NCBI GenBank assembly: GCA_044229975.1
Contig: JBGARZ010000001.1
Span: forward strand, 1 to 64,000
Direction: 5' to 3'
Length of the DNA stretch: 64,000 nt
DNA from: Polyangiales bacterium
GTDB taxonomy: Bacteria > Myxococcota_A > Polyangia > Polyangiales > Ga0077539
A program made the position numbers and the translations under genes. This document shows, piece by piece, positions 39,952-48,842 of the stretch (position 1 is the stretch's first letter; every line of letters starts with the position of its first letter). The notes beneath the pieces were generated by a model, which saw only the letters and a program-made list of their open reading frames with translations, made no database searches and was not told the origin of the DNA.

Positions 39952-42195
39952 ATGCGAGTGATTCTCACCTTCACCAGCCGAGCTTCCTGGCTCGCCGGGG
40001 CCCTCGCATTCGCTCCGTCCGTCGCCTGGGCGCAGCCCGCACCGTCGCCGTCCGCATCGCCATCGCCGCCCGCCGACGATGACGACTCCGGCGAGGCCAT
40101 CGTGCGGGGCTCCTCCGCCCGCGCGATGGCGCGCATCCCCGGCGCGACCACCGTCATCAGCGAGCGCGAGATGCAGCGCACGCAGCCGCTCTCGGCCAAC
40201 GAGGCGCTGCGCCGCGTTCCCGGCGTCTACGTGCGCGACGAGGAGGGCATGGGCCTGCGCCCCAACATCTCCATCCGCGGCATGGACCCGACGCGCAGCC
40301 GCCGCGTGCTCGTCCTCGAAGACGGCATCCCCATCTCGCTCGCGCCCTACAGCGAACCCGAGATGTATTACAACCCGCCCGTCGAGCGGATGGGGCGCAT
40401 CGAGGTGATCCGCGGCTCGGGCAACGTGCTCTACGGACCGTCGACCGTCGGCGGCGTCATCAACTACGTCACGCCCGCGCCGCCCATGCGCGAGTCGTAC
40501 AGCCTCCGCACCACCGCGGGTGATCGCGGCTTCTTCATGGGCCAGATGACCTACGGCAACCGCGTCGGCAACGCGGGCTTCGTCGTGAGCGCGCTGCGCC
40601 GCCAGGGCGACGGCTTCCGCGGAATGGGCTTCGAGGTCACCGACGTCTACGGGAAGTTCGTGCTCCAACTTGGTCCGCGGCAGGAGCTGATGGCGCGCCT
40701 CGGCGTCTACAACGAGGGTTCCAACTCGACCTACCTCGGGCTCACGCAGTCCATGTACGAGCGCGACCCGCGGCAGAACCCCGTCCCCAACGACTTCTTC
40801 TCCGTGCAGCGTTTCAGCGGCGCGCTCTCCCACACGTGGACGCCCAACAGCACGTTTCAGCTCCGCACGCTGGCGTACGGGTACACCACCACGCGCAACT
40901 GGGACTTCCAGCGCTACGACCGCACGCCGATGGCCAACCCGAGCCTCCCCATCGCCGAGCAGCGACCCGGAACGCTCCTCTACGACCGCATCGTCGGCGA
41001 CCAGTCGACGCCCGGCGGCGCCATCTACCTGCGCGACGAGTCCCTCTCCGCCGACCGCGCCTATCAGGTCTACGGCTTCGAGCCGCGGCTGCGCGCGCGC
41101 TTCCGCACCGGCCCCTTCCGACACGACGTCGACCTCGGCGGACGCGTGCTCCACGAGAACTCCACGGTGCAGGTCATCCTCGGTCGCGGCGCCACCTCGC
41201 GCTCCGGCGACCTCGCCACGGAACAAGAACGCAACGGCACCGCCCTCGCCGCCTTCCTGCAAGAGCGATGGTTCATCACCGATCGGCTCAACCTTGTTCC
41301 GGGTGTGCGGGTCGAGAGCTACTTCTCGGAGGTGGTGCAGCGCCGCGACCTCGGCATGGACATCAACCGCACCTCCAACAGCCATTTCGTCGAGGTGATC
41401 CCCGGCGTGAGCGCGAGCTACCAGTGGCCCGCCGTCACGCTCTTCGGCGGCATGCACCGCGGGTACGCGCCGCCGCGCATCCTGCCGACCATCAACAGCT
41501 CGGCGCGTGACCAGCTCCTCGCGGCCGAGGAGAGCCTCAACTACGAGCTCGGGGCGCGCGTCTCGGTGGGCAACTGGCTGCGCGCCGAGGCCACCGGCTT
41601 CCTCATGGATTTCTCCAACGAGACCGTCCAGGTGTCGGGCGAGGACACGGAGTTCGCGTCCATCGGGCACACGCGGCACACGGGCGTCGAGGCCGCCGCG
41701 CAGGTCGACATCGGCCGCGCGCTGCACTCACGAACCAGCGTGTTCATCGGGCTGCGGTACACCTTCGTCGACGCGCGTGTGGTGGGCGATCGCACGGCCG
41801 CGGACGGCGTCACGCGCTTCGTCGACGGCAACACGGTGCCGTACGCGGTGCCGCACACGATGGTCACGAGCGTCGGCTTCGAGACCGCGTGGGGCCTCTC
41901 CGCGCAGGCGTCGTGGCTGTACGTGTCGCAACACTTCAGCGACGTGGACAACTCGCTCTTCCCCGCGGCCAACGGGCTCTTCGGGCCGATTCCCGCGTAC
42001 CAGACGGTCGACCTCGCGGCCCGCTACAACCACCGCCGCACGGGCCTCGGCGTGTCGCTCACGGTGAAGAACCTCCAGGGGTACTTCACCGACGAGCGCG
42101 GGATTCCCAACGTCTACATCGCCTCGCGCTCACCGCAGGGGATCTTCCCCGGAGGCTTCGGCCAGACCATGGTCGGCCTCCAGTGGAACCACTGA
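39952..42195 (+). CDS. TonB-dependent receptor, FecA-like
   Basis: Plug EALRRVPGV..PNISIRG..RS..VLVLEDG.P, RIEVIRGSG..YGP.TVGGVINY; beta-barrel strands. Confidence 0.93.
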   Translation: MRVILTFTSRASWLAGALAFAPSVAWAQPAPSPSASPSPPADDDDSGEAIVRGSSARAMARIPGATTVISEREMQRTQPLSANEALRRVPGVYVRDEEGMGLRPNISIRGMDPTRSRRVLVLEDGIPISLAPYSEPEMYYNPPVERMGRIEVIRGSGNVLYGPSTVGGVINYVTPAPPMRESYSLRTTAGDRGFFMGQMTYGNRVGNAGFVVSALRRQGDGFRGMGFEVTDVYGKFVLQLGPRQELMARLGVYNEGSNSTYLGLTQSMYERDPRQNPVPNDFFSVQRFSGALSHTWTPNSTFQLRTLAYGYTTTRNWDFQRYDRTPMANPSLPIAEQRPGTLLYDRIVGDQSTPGGAIYLRDESLSADRAYQVYGFEPRLRARFRTGPFRHDVDLGGRVLHENSTVQVILGRGATSRSGDLATEQERNGTALAAFLQERWFITDRLNLVPGVRVESYFSEVVQRRDLGMDINRTSNSHFVEVIPGVSASYQWPAVTLFGGMHRGYAPPRILPTINSSARDQLLAAEESLNYELGARVSVGNWLRAEATGFLMDFSNETVQVSGEDTEFASIGHTRHTGVEAAAQVDIGRALHSRTSVFIGLRYTFVDARVVGDRTAADGVTRFVDGNTVPYAVPHTMVTSVGFETAWGLSAQASWLYVSQHFSDVDNSLFPAANGLFGPIPAYQTVDLAARYNHRRTGLGVSLTVKNLQGYFTDERGIPNVYIASRSPQGIFPGGFGQTMVGLQWNH
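39953..39967. promoter_or_regulatory. Fur-like operator overlapping the receptor start codon
   Basis: TGCGAGT-G-ATTCTCA, 13/15 identical to 27284-27298; TTGACC at 39908. Confidence 0.65.
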
Positions 42196-42202
42196 CCGCG
42201 CG

Positions 42203-45139
42203 CTACAGCGTCGCGGCCACCGAGAGCACGTAGGACGTCATCGAGGGCGCCGGGGCCGCCGCCGTCGAGACGCCGTGCACGCAGACCGTGTACGTGCCCG
42301 CCGGGAGTCCGCCCGCGCCCGGAAACACCGTGCGTCGCGCGCCGTCGATGTTGGCGCAGTCGCCGGGGCCGTTCTTGTTGGCGACGAGTCGGATGGTGAC
42401 GCCGTCGGTGTCGTACAGCTCCATCGCGAGCTCGCCCGTCGCGAGGGGACAGCGCCCGTTGCCGTCGCTCGCGAAGGCCACGACGTTGCCGCCCGCGGGC
42501 ACCCGCACGGCCACGCAGTCCACGTCGTTGTACGGGAGCGCCCCGGCGACCGCGGTGGGCGCCGAGATCGCCCGCGACGCGACGAGCGCAGGCGTGTCGT
42601 TGCCCTCGACCTCGGCGGTCAGCGCGCCGCAGCGGCCGCGCACCACCGAGCTCGCGAGGCACGCCTGACCCGACGGGCAGAGGGTGGTGCCCACGAGGGG
42701 ATCGCAGTCGCCCGTGGTGACCGCCGCGCAGGTGCTCGGGGGCGTGAGCGAGCAGGTGAGCCCCGCGACGCAGGTGTTGCCAGCGCCGCAGCGCGCGCCC
42801 GCGACCGAGGCCGTGGCGCGGCACACGCCGTTGACGGTGTCGCCCGGGTTGGGAACGCAGGTGAGCCCCGCGGAGCAGTAGTGCGTGGGCCAGCGGCACG
42901 CCTCGCCGACGCCCACGCGGAAGATGCAGCGCCCGGCTCCCGTGTCGGTGGTGCACACCGCGCCGCCGTCGCAGCGCGTACCGCTCGCGCGGCAGTCGCC
43001 GCCCGCGACCCCGGTGCCGCCGCAGATTCCGTGGAAGGGGTCCGTCGGGTCGAAGCGGTAGCAGGTGCTGCCGGTGGCGCAGGCCGTCTGGAGCGAGCAG
43101 CTACCACCCGTGGTGGAGATCGTTCCGCAGACCTCGTCGCCCGACGGGGTGGTGAGGCAGGTCAAGCCGCTGTCGCAGCGTGTGCCGCTCGCGCGGCAGG
43201 TGCTCCCGTAGACGGTCCCGTCGGCGCGGCAGAGGCCCGAGATGGACTCCAGCGGGCCGACGCAGTGGTACCCCGTGGGGCACACGTTGCGGGTCGGATC
43301 ACACGCGCCGTTGGCGACCGACGGGATCATGCACTGCGTGACGCCGGTGCTCGTGATGACGCCGCACGCGAGGCCGGTGTCGCACTGCGGGGCGGCGCTT
43401 CGGCACGGGGAGCCGATGTCGCTGCCGGGCGCCACGCAGGTGCCGCGCGTGGTGCCGAAGATGATCGTGCGGCAGTAGTTGCCGCCGCTGCAGCGGTTGT
43501 AGTCGTCGCACGAGGCGCCGAGGCCGACGTCGCGGACGCAGACGTTGGCGGCGGCGCCGGTGGTGCCGCAGCTCAGGCCGACGTCGCACTGCGGGGAGGC
43601 CGTGCGGCACGTGGCGCCGACGCCGGTGCCCGCCGCGCGGCAGATGCCCGTCTCGCTGCCGGCCAGCGGGAGCGCGCAGGTCAGGCCGCTCGCGCAGCGG
43701 CCGGTGGCGCTGTCGGCGCGGCAGGTGGAGCCCGACGGGATGGTGTTGTCCTCGGTGATGGTGAGCTCGAAGGCGCCGCGGTCGAAGGTTCCGCTGGTGA
43801 GCGGCGAGTAGCCGCCGACGACGAGGTAGAGCGTGTAGCCGGCCGGGAGCGAGTCGATGTTGATGCGCGAGGTGAGCCCGCGCGTCGACGCGAGGTCGGG
43901 GTCGTCGTCGTTGCACGGGCTGGTGATCGACGCCGCGCAGCTCGCGGCGGCATAGAGCACCGTGTCGAGGCTGGCGCGCGTGCCTGGGTTGGAGGTGGTC
44001 ACCCGCAGCGTCGCGCTCATGGTGGTCGTGTAGCGGTAGATCACCTGGCCCGTGGAGCGCGGACACGACGCCGTCGCGTTGACGATGGGCGAGCGCGACG
44101 CGAGCACGCCGCCCGGGTTTTGCGTCGACCAGGCCGTGGTGTTGTCACCGAGGATGCGGAGCACGTTGCCCGTGCGGATGCCGACGCGCGCGGCGTCGAT
44201 CACCGAGAGCCCGGCGCACTGCTCGCCGCACACGCCGCCCGGCGGGCACTCGCACGCGCCCGCGGTGCAGCGCTCGCCCGAGGGGCACGATCGGTTGCAG
44301 CCGCCGCAGTGGGTCGCGTTGGTGGCGGTGTCGACGCACTGGCTCCCGCAGAGGGTGCCCGCGGTGCACGCGCAGGCGCCCGCGACGCAGGTCGACCCGA
44401 CGCCGCAGGGGTTGTCGCAGCGACCGCAGTGGGTGTTGGAGCTGGACACGTCGAGGCACACGCCGCCGCATCGCACCCGCGTGCCGTCACACTCGCAGCG
44501 CCCCGAACGACAGACCTCGCCCGCCGCGCACGTCGCGCCGTCGTCGACCGTTCCGTCGCAGTCGTCGTCGCGCCCGTTGCATGTCTCGACTGCACCCTGG
44601 AACACCGCCGGGTTGCCGTCGTCGCAGTCGTCGCCGCCGCAGACGCGCGGCGCGTGCATGTCACCGTCGCCGTCGAGCGGGCGCGCGACACAGATGCGCG
44701 TGGCGGGGTCGCAGCGCTCGCCGGTGGTGCACGGGTCGGTGTCGGCGCAGTCGAGGTCGCTGCCGCAGATGCGCGGAGGCACGTCCACCGCCGGAGGCAC
44801 GTCCACCACTGGAGGCACATCGACGGCAGGAGGAACATCGACGGCCGGAGGAACATCGGGCGTCACGACCACGTCCGGCGCCGCGGTGACATCGTCGGAG
44901 GAGACGACATCCACTCCGGGAACCACATCATCAGCAGGCGTCCCATCGACGGTGGGAGTGACGTCGACGGTCGGCATCGCGTCGATGGCCGGACCCACGT
45001 CCACGCCCTGCTTTCCGTCGAGCACCACTGCGACATCGGCCGCGTCGGCGGAGGCGTCGTTGGTGTTGAAGTTGCCGCCCAGCGAAGGCGAACAGGCAAC
45101 GACGGAGAGGAGCCCAAGCAGGAAAAGTGGCCGACCCAT
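42203..45139 (-). CDS. Large Cys-rich lipoprotein with MopE-like metal-binding motif
   Basis: Lipobox VVAC; DGDGD..DCDD..P...ETCNG.DDDCDG; HCG.C repeats; PPC-like domains. Confidence 0.8.
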   Translation of the reverse strand: MGRPLFLLGLLSVVACSPSLGGNFNTNDASADAADVAVVLDGKQGVDVGPAIDAMPTVDVTPTVDGTPADDVVPGVDVVSSDDVTAAPDVVVTPDVPPAVDVPPAVDVPPVVDVPPAVDVPPRICGSDLDCADTDPCTTGERCDPATRICVARPLDGDGDMHAPRVCGGDDCDDGNPAVFQGAVETCNGRDDDCDGTVDDGATCAAGEVCRSGRCECDGTRVRCGGVCLDVSSSNTHCGRCDNPCGVGSTCVAGACACTAGTLCGSQCVDTATNATHCGGCNRSCPSGERCTAGACECPPGGVCGEQCAGLSVIDAARVGIRTGNVLRILGDNTTAWSTQNPGGVLASRSPIVNATASCPRSTGQVIYRYTTTMSATLRVTTSNPGTRASLDTVLYAAASCAASITSPCNDDDPDLASTRGLTSRINIDSLPAGYTLYLVVGGYSPLTSGTFDRGAFELTITEDNTIPSGSTCRADSATGRCASGLTCALPLAGSETGICRAAGTGVGATCRTASPQCDVGLSCGTTGAAANVCVRDVGLGASCDDYNRCSGGNYCRTIIFGTTRGTCVAPGSDIGSPCRSAAPQCDTGLACGVITSTGVTQCMIPSVANGACDPTRNVCPTGYHCVGPLESISGLCRADGTVYGSTCRASGTRCDSGLTCLTTPSGDEVCGTISTTGGSCSLQTACATGSTCYRFDPTDPFHGICGGTGVAGGDCRASGTRCDGGAVCTTDTGAGRCIFRVGVGEACRWPTHYCSAGLTCVPNPGDTVNGVCRATASVAGARCGAGNTCVAGLTCSLTPPSTCAAVTTGDCDPLVGTTLCPSGQACLASSVVRGRCGALTAEVEGNDTPALVASRAISAPTAVAGALPYNDVDCVAVRVPAGGNVVAFASDGNGRCPLATGELAMELYDTDGVTIRLVANKNGPGDCANIDGARRTVFPGAGGLPAGTYTVCVHGVSTAAAPAPSMTSYVLSVAATL

Positions 45140-45234
45140 GATGCCTCGGACCATACAGGACATCGCGTGTCGACCGGGCGTCACCGATCGCCCACTTCTC
45201 GGCCCCGCCTGACCCGTGGGGCTACACTGCGACC

Positions 45235-45888
45235 GTGCTTCGCCTTCCTACGTTTGCGCTCGCCTTGCTCCTCGCCCCCGTGGCTTCTGGAGCGCAGGGA
45301 ACGATCCAGGCGCGCGACCCGCGACGACCCGCGCCGCTCGACCCGCCCCCTGAGTGTGAGCTGTGGCGAGGGCACATCGCGGGCAACGACCCCACGGCCG
45401 AAGCGACGCTCCAGCTCTGCACGGAGGGAGACAACGTCCACGGGGTGTTTCTGTGGTCGTCGCTGGAGAGCGGGTGGGACCGTCGGCGCTTCACCGGGCA
45501 GTGGCTCGAAGCCCGCCAACGGCTCGTGCTCAACGACACCGTCATGATGGAGAACCACCCGGCCAACGGCTGGAGGCTCTGCCTCGCCGACCGCTATGAC
45601 CTTCGCCGCGTCAACGACGGTGAGCTCACGGGGGAGTTCTGGTCGAACGCCTGCAACGACCACGGGTCGCTGCGCATCACGCGCGTCGGACCGACGGCGC
45701 CCCCTGACGCCGCGCCCGCCCTGCCCCTGAGCACGCCGACACCACCGCGCGCAACCACGCCCACGCGGCGGCGCGTGCTCGGATGCACCGCGACCCCGGC
45801 GGGTCAGACGTCAGGGTCGGCGTTGTGGGGGAGCTTGCTGGCGCTGGCCGCGCTCAGCCGCTGCCGAGGCTCGAAAGCCCGTAGATGA
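45235..45888 (+). CDS. Secreted protein with MYXO-CTERM-like tail
   Basis: Signal peptide; C-terminal GCTA...LWGSLLALAAL followed by basic residues. Confidence 0.65.
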   Translation: MLRLPTFALALLLAPVASGAQGTIQARDPRRPAPLDPPPECELWRGHIAGNDPTAEATLQLCTEGDNVHGVFLWSSLESGWDRRRFTGQWLEARQRLVLNDTVMMENHPANGWRLCLADRYDLRRVNDGELTGEFWSNACNDHGSLRITRVGPTAPPDAAPALPLSTPTPPRATTPTRRRVLGCTATPAGQTSGSALWGSLLALAALSRCRGSKARR

Positions 45889-46018
45889 TCGAGATGGCGA
45901 TGACGAGGGTCACGACCAGGACGCCGACGAACTTCGGCCCCGACCACTCCTTGTCGTAGGCGCGCATGCGCTGGAAATCTTCGGACTCTTCGAGGTCGAC
46001 GGTGTGGCTGTCGGACAT
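45854..46018 (-). CDS. 54-aa single-pass membrane protein (absent from ORF track)
   Basis: MSDSHTVDLEESEDFQRMRAYDKEWSGPKFVGVLVVTLVIAISIIYGLSSLGSG; GGAG upstream; high GC3. Confidence 0.7.
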   Translation of the reverse strand: MSDSHTVDLEESEDFQRMRAYDKEWSGPKFVGVLVVTLVIAISIIYGLSSLGSG

Positions 46019-46067
46019 GGTCTTCGCTTCGCTCCGATCGCCCTTGTAGGCGCAACGCCGCGTCGAA

Positions 46068-47639
46068 TCAACCGGGCCGTGCGCCGCTCGCCGTGATGTG
46101 CTCGACCAGCGGCCCGTAGCCCTGGATCGCAGTGCGCTGGAGGTAGAGGCCCATGGCCCGCGCGCCGCCCAGCTCCTCGCCGCCGCCCGCGTGACCGGGG
46201 CCGCCGTGGACGAGTTGGGGGAGCACCGCGCCGGGGCCGATCCAGGCGCCTGCGACCTTGGCGTGCACCGCCGTCACGCGACCGTGATACGGCGCCGCGC
46301 CCATCACGACCTCGGACGCAAACGCCCGGTCTTCGCTGTACACCGAGGTGACCAGACCGCCGCCGCCGCGGCCCACCAGCGCCACGGCCTCCGCCGCGCC
46401 CTCGAAGGGAATCAGCGTCGCGCTCGGGCCGAAGACCTCCACCGAGTGCACGGCCTCGCCGCGCGCGTTGTCGTCGACGCGCAACAAGGTCGGCGCCACG
46501 AAGTACCCCTTGCCTGCCGCGACGCCTTCGCCGGTGATCCGATCGGGGCCGCCGCCCACGGCGCGCGCCCCCGACGCGATGAGCCGCTCCAAGCCCGCGC
46601 GCACGTGATCGAGCTGCGCCGCCGTTGCGACCGGACCCATGGTCACGCCGTCCACCTGGGGGTTGCCCACGCGCACCACGGCGAGGCGCTCCAGCACGTC
46701 TTCCTCCAGGTCGTCCATGCGCTCGCGCGGAACGAACACCCGACGGATCGCGGTGCACTTCTGCCCGGCCTTCTGGGTGATGTCGCGGGCGAGGTCGCTG
46801 ACCATGAGCGTCCAGGTGTCGTCACCGCGCTCGACGTCGGGGCCGAGCACGGCGCCGTTGAGGCTGTCGGCTTCGATGTTCACATGCGTTCCGCTCGCGA
46901 CGAGGTTGGGCCGCGCACGCAGGAGCGCACCGGTCTTCCCCGACCCCGTGAACGCGAACACGTCCTGCGGACCGAGGTGGGCGAGCAGGTCACCCGGGTT
47001 GCCGACCGAGAGCGAGAGAGCGCCGTCGGGCAGCGCGCCGGTCGCGAGGAGGAGCTCCATCGCGCGCGACGCGAGCCATGCGGTAGCGGGCGCGGGCTTG
47101 GCGAGCACCGGAACGCCCGCGAGCAACGCGACGGCGGCCTTCTCGGCGAGGCCCCACACGGGGAAGTTGAACGCGTTGACGTGCACCGCGACGCCGACGC
47201 GCGAGACGAGCACGTGCTGCGCGGTGACCTTGGACGAGCGCCCGAGGGAGATGGACGCGCCGTCGAGGAGCCAGCGTGCGTCGCCGAGTGATGCGCCGAG
47301 CTCGGCGTACCAGGTGAGCGTGCCAATGGCGCCGTCGACGTCGAACTTCGCGTCGGAGCGGGTGTTGCCGCCGTTGATCATGGCGATGTCGAGCAGCTCG
47401 TCGCGGTGCGCGTGGAGCGCTCCGGCCAGCGCCTTCAACATCGCGCCGCGCTGCGCAAAGGACATCTCGCGAAGGGCGGGGCCGCCCTTGGTGCGCGCGT
47501 GGGCGAGCGCTGCGGCGTAGTCGATGCCATCGGGTCGGAGCGAGGCGACGGCCTCCTCGGTCGACGGGTTGAGCAGGTCGACGCGATCACCCGAACCGTC
47601 GATCCACTGGCCTGCGAGGTAGCTCCGGACGTTCTCCAT
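46068..47639 (-). CDS. Aldehyde dehydrogenase, PaaZ-N / 3,4-dehydroadipyl-CoA semialdehyde dehydrogenase type
   Basis: HVNAFNFPVWG..EK, FTGS, EADSLN, KAGQKCTAIRR, EVFGP, HGGPG.AGGGEELGG. Confidence 0.9.
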   Translation of the reverse strand: MENVRSYLAGQWIDGSGDRVDLLNPSTEEAVASLRPDGIDYAAALAHARTKGGPALREMSFAQRGAMLKALAGALHAHRDELLDIAMINGGNTRSDAKFDVDGAIGTLTWYAELGASLGDARWLLDGASISLGRSSKVTAQHVLVSRVGVAVHVNAFNFPVWGLAEKAAVALLAGVPVLAKPAPATAWLASRAMELLLATGALPDGALSLSVGNPGDLLAHLGPQDVFAFTGSGKTGALLRARPNLVASGTHVNIEADSLNGAVLGPDVERGDDTWTLMVSDLARDITQKAGQKCTAIRRVFVPRERMDDLEEDVLERLAVVRVGNPQVDGVTMGPVATAAQLDHVRAGLERLIASGARAVGGGPDRITGEGVAAGKGYFVAPTLLRVDDNARGEAVHSVEVFGPSATLIPFEGAAEAVALVGRGGGGLVTSVYSEDRAFASEVVMGAAPYHGRVTAVHAKVAGAWIGPGAVLPQLVHGGPGHAGGGEELGGARAMGLYLQRTAIQGYGPLVEHITASGARPG

Positions 47640-47681
47640 GGCGGCGCACGCTAGCGCCCCACGGACCGCGCGCGCAATCGA

Positions 47682-48842
47682 CTACGCCGCCGTGGTGCGC
47701 TCCTCGGTGAGCGTGAACCCGCGCTCGCGCAGCCGCTCGACGAAGCGCCCCGCGTCGACGGCGGACTCCAGGCGATGCGCGCCGGGTGCGATCTCCCCGG
47801 CGGCCATCATCAGGCACACGATGGACGCCGGAAACGCCGTGGTGCGCTCCATCGCGGTGAAGCCGGTGGCCTCGTCGTGGTCGTCGCGCAGGGAGAGGGT
47901 CAGCGTCTCGGTTCCGTTGGTGCACGTGATGCGGAGCAGGACGAGGTCGCGGTCGTCGGGAAACGCCAGCTTCGCCCGTGCGAGCGAGTGGAAGAGGGCG
48001 CGCGGGACGACGCCCTTGCCGAGCACGTCGATGGGTTCGAGGTCGAGGAGCCCGAGGTCCTTGAGCAGCTTCACCTTCGCGAAGTGACCGGCGTAGCGGA
48101 TGGTCTTGTAGTCGTACGAGTCGACCTTGCCCTCGAAGGTCCACGGACACGTCGAGGTTCCGCCCGACGTGGTGAACGCCTCCAGCGCGGGCATCCCCAC
48201 CCACGACACCTCTTCGAGCTCATCGAAGGTGTCGACCTCCACGCGCTTGCTGCCGCGCAGAAACACGGCCTTCCCGAAGTACTCGTTGGTCAGCCCCTCG
48301 ACCGAGAACACCAGCTTGTAGTCGAGCGGCGGCCGCGGCACCTGCGGCAATCCCCCGCACCGAACGCTCACCCGACGCGCCCCCGGCACACGCTCCATCG
48401 CGTACACCGCGATGGTGTTGCCCATCCCCGGCGCGAGCCCGAGGTCGGGGACGATGCTCACGCCGCGGGAGCGCGCCTCGGCGTCGAGCGCGAGCTCCTC
48501 CCACACCACGTCGGTGTTGCCACCGAGGTCGCCAAACGAGCTACCCGCCTCGATGGCCGACTTCGCCGCATCGAGGTTGAGGTAGTAGGGCAGGCCCGAG
48601 AGCGTCACGGCCACGCCCGCGAGCGCCGCCGTCACCGCCGTACGATCGCGCGCGTCGAGGGCCGCCCCCGTCGCCGCCTCTCGTCCGAGCAGGGCGTTGA
48701 TGCGCGCGGCGCCCGTCATGGCTCGCTCACCGTCGTGGTCGAAGAGGCGCACCCGTCCGCCGCCAAAGCGCGCCATGTCGTAGGCCGCCGCCGTGCCCTG
48801 CATCCCGGCGCCGAGCACCGCCATGTCTCTCGTCGTGGTCAT
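47682..48842 (-). CDS. Saccharopine dehydrogenase / lysine 6-dehydrogenase family
   Basis: GAGMQG, DLGGN, GLAPG, GGLP, EAF.TSGG, YKTIRY.GH, AMERTT. Confidence 0.88.
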   Translation of the reverse strand: MTTTRDMAVLGAGMQGTAAAYDMARFGGGRVRLFDHDGERAMTGAARINALLGREAATGAALDARDRTAVTAALAGVAVTLSGLPYYLNLDAAKSAIEAGSSFGDLGGNTDVVWEELALDAEARSRGVSIVPDLGLAPGMGNTIAVYAMERVPGARRVSVRCGGLPQVPRPPLDYKLVFSVEGLTNEYFGKAVFLRGSKRVEVDTFDELEEVSWVGMPALEAFTTSGGTSTCPWTFEGKVDSYDYKTIRYAGHFAKVKLLKDLGLLDLEPIDVLGKGVVPRALFHSLARAKLAFPDDRDLVLLRITCTNGTETLTLSLRDDHDEATGFTAMERTTAFPASIVCLMMAAGEIAPGAHRLESAVDAGRFVERLRERGFTLTEERTTAA

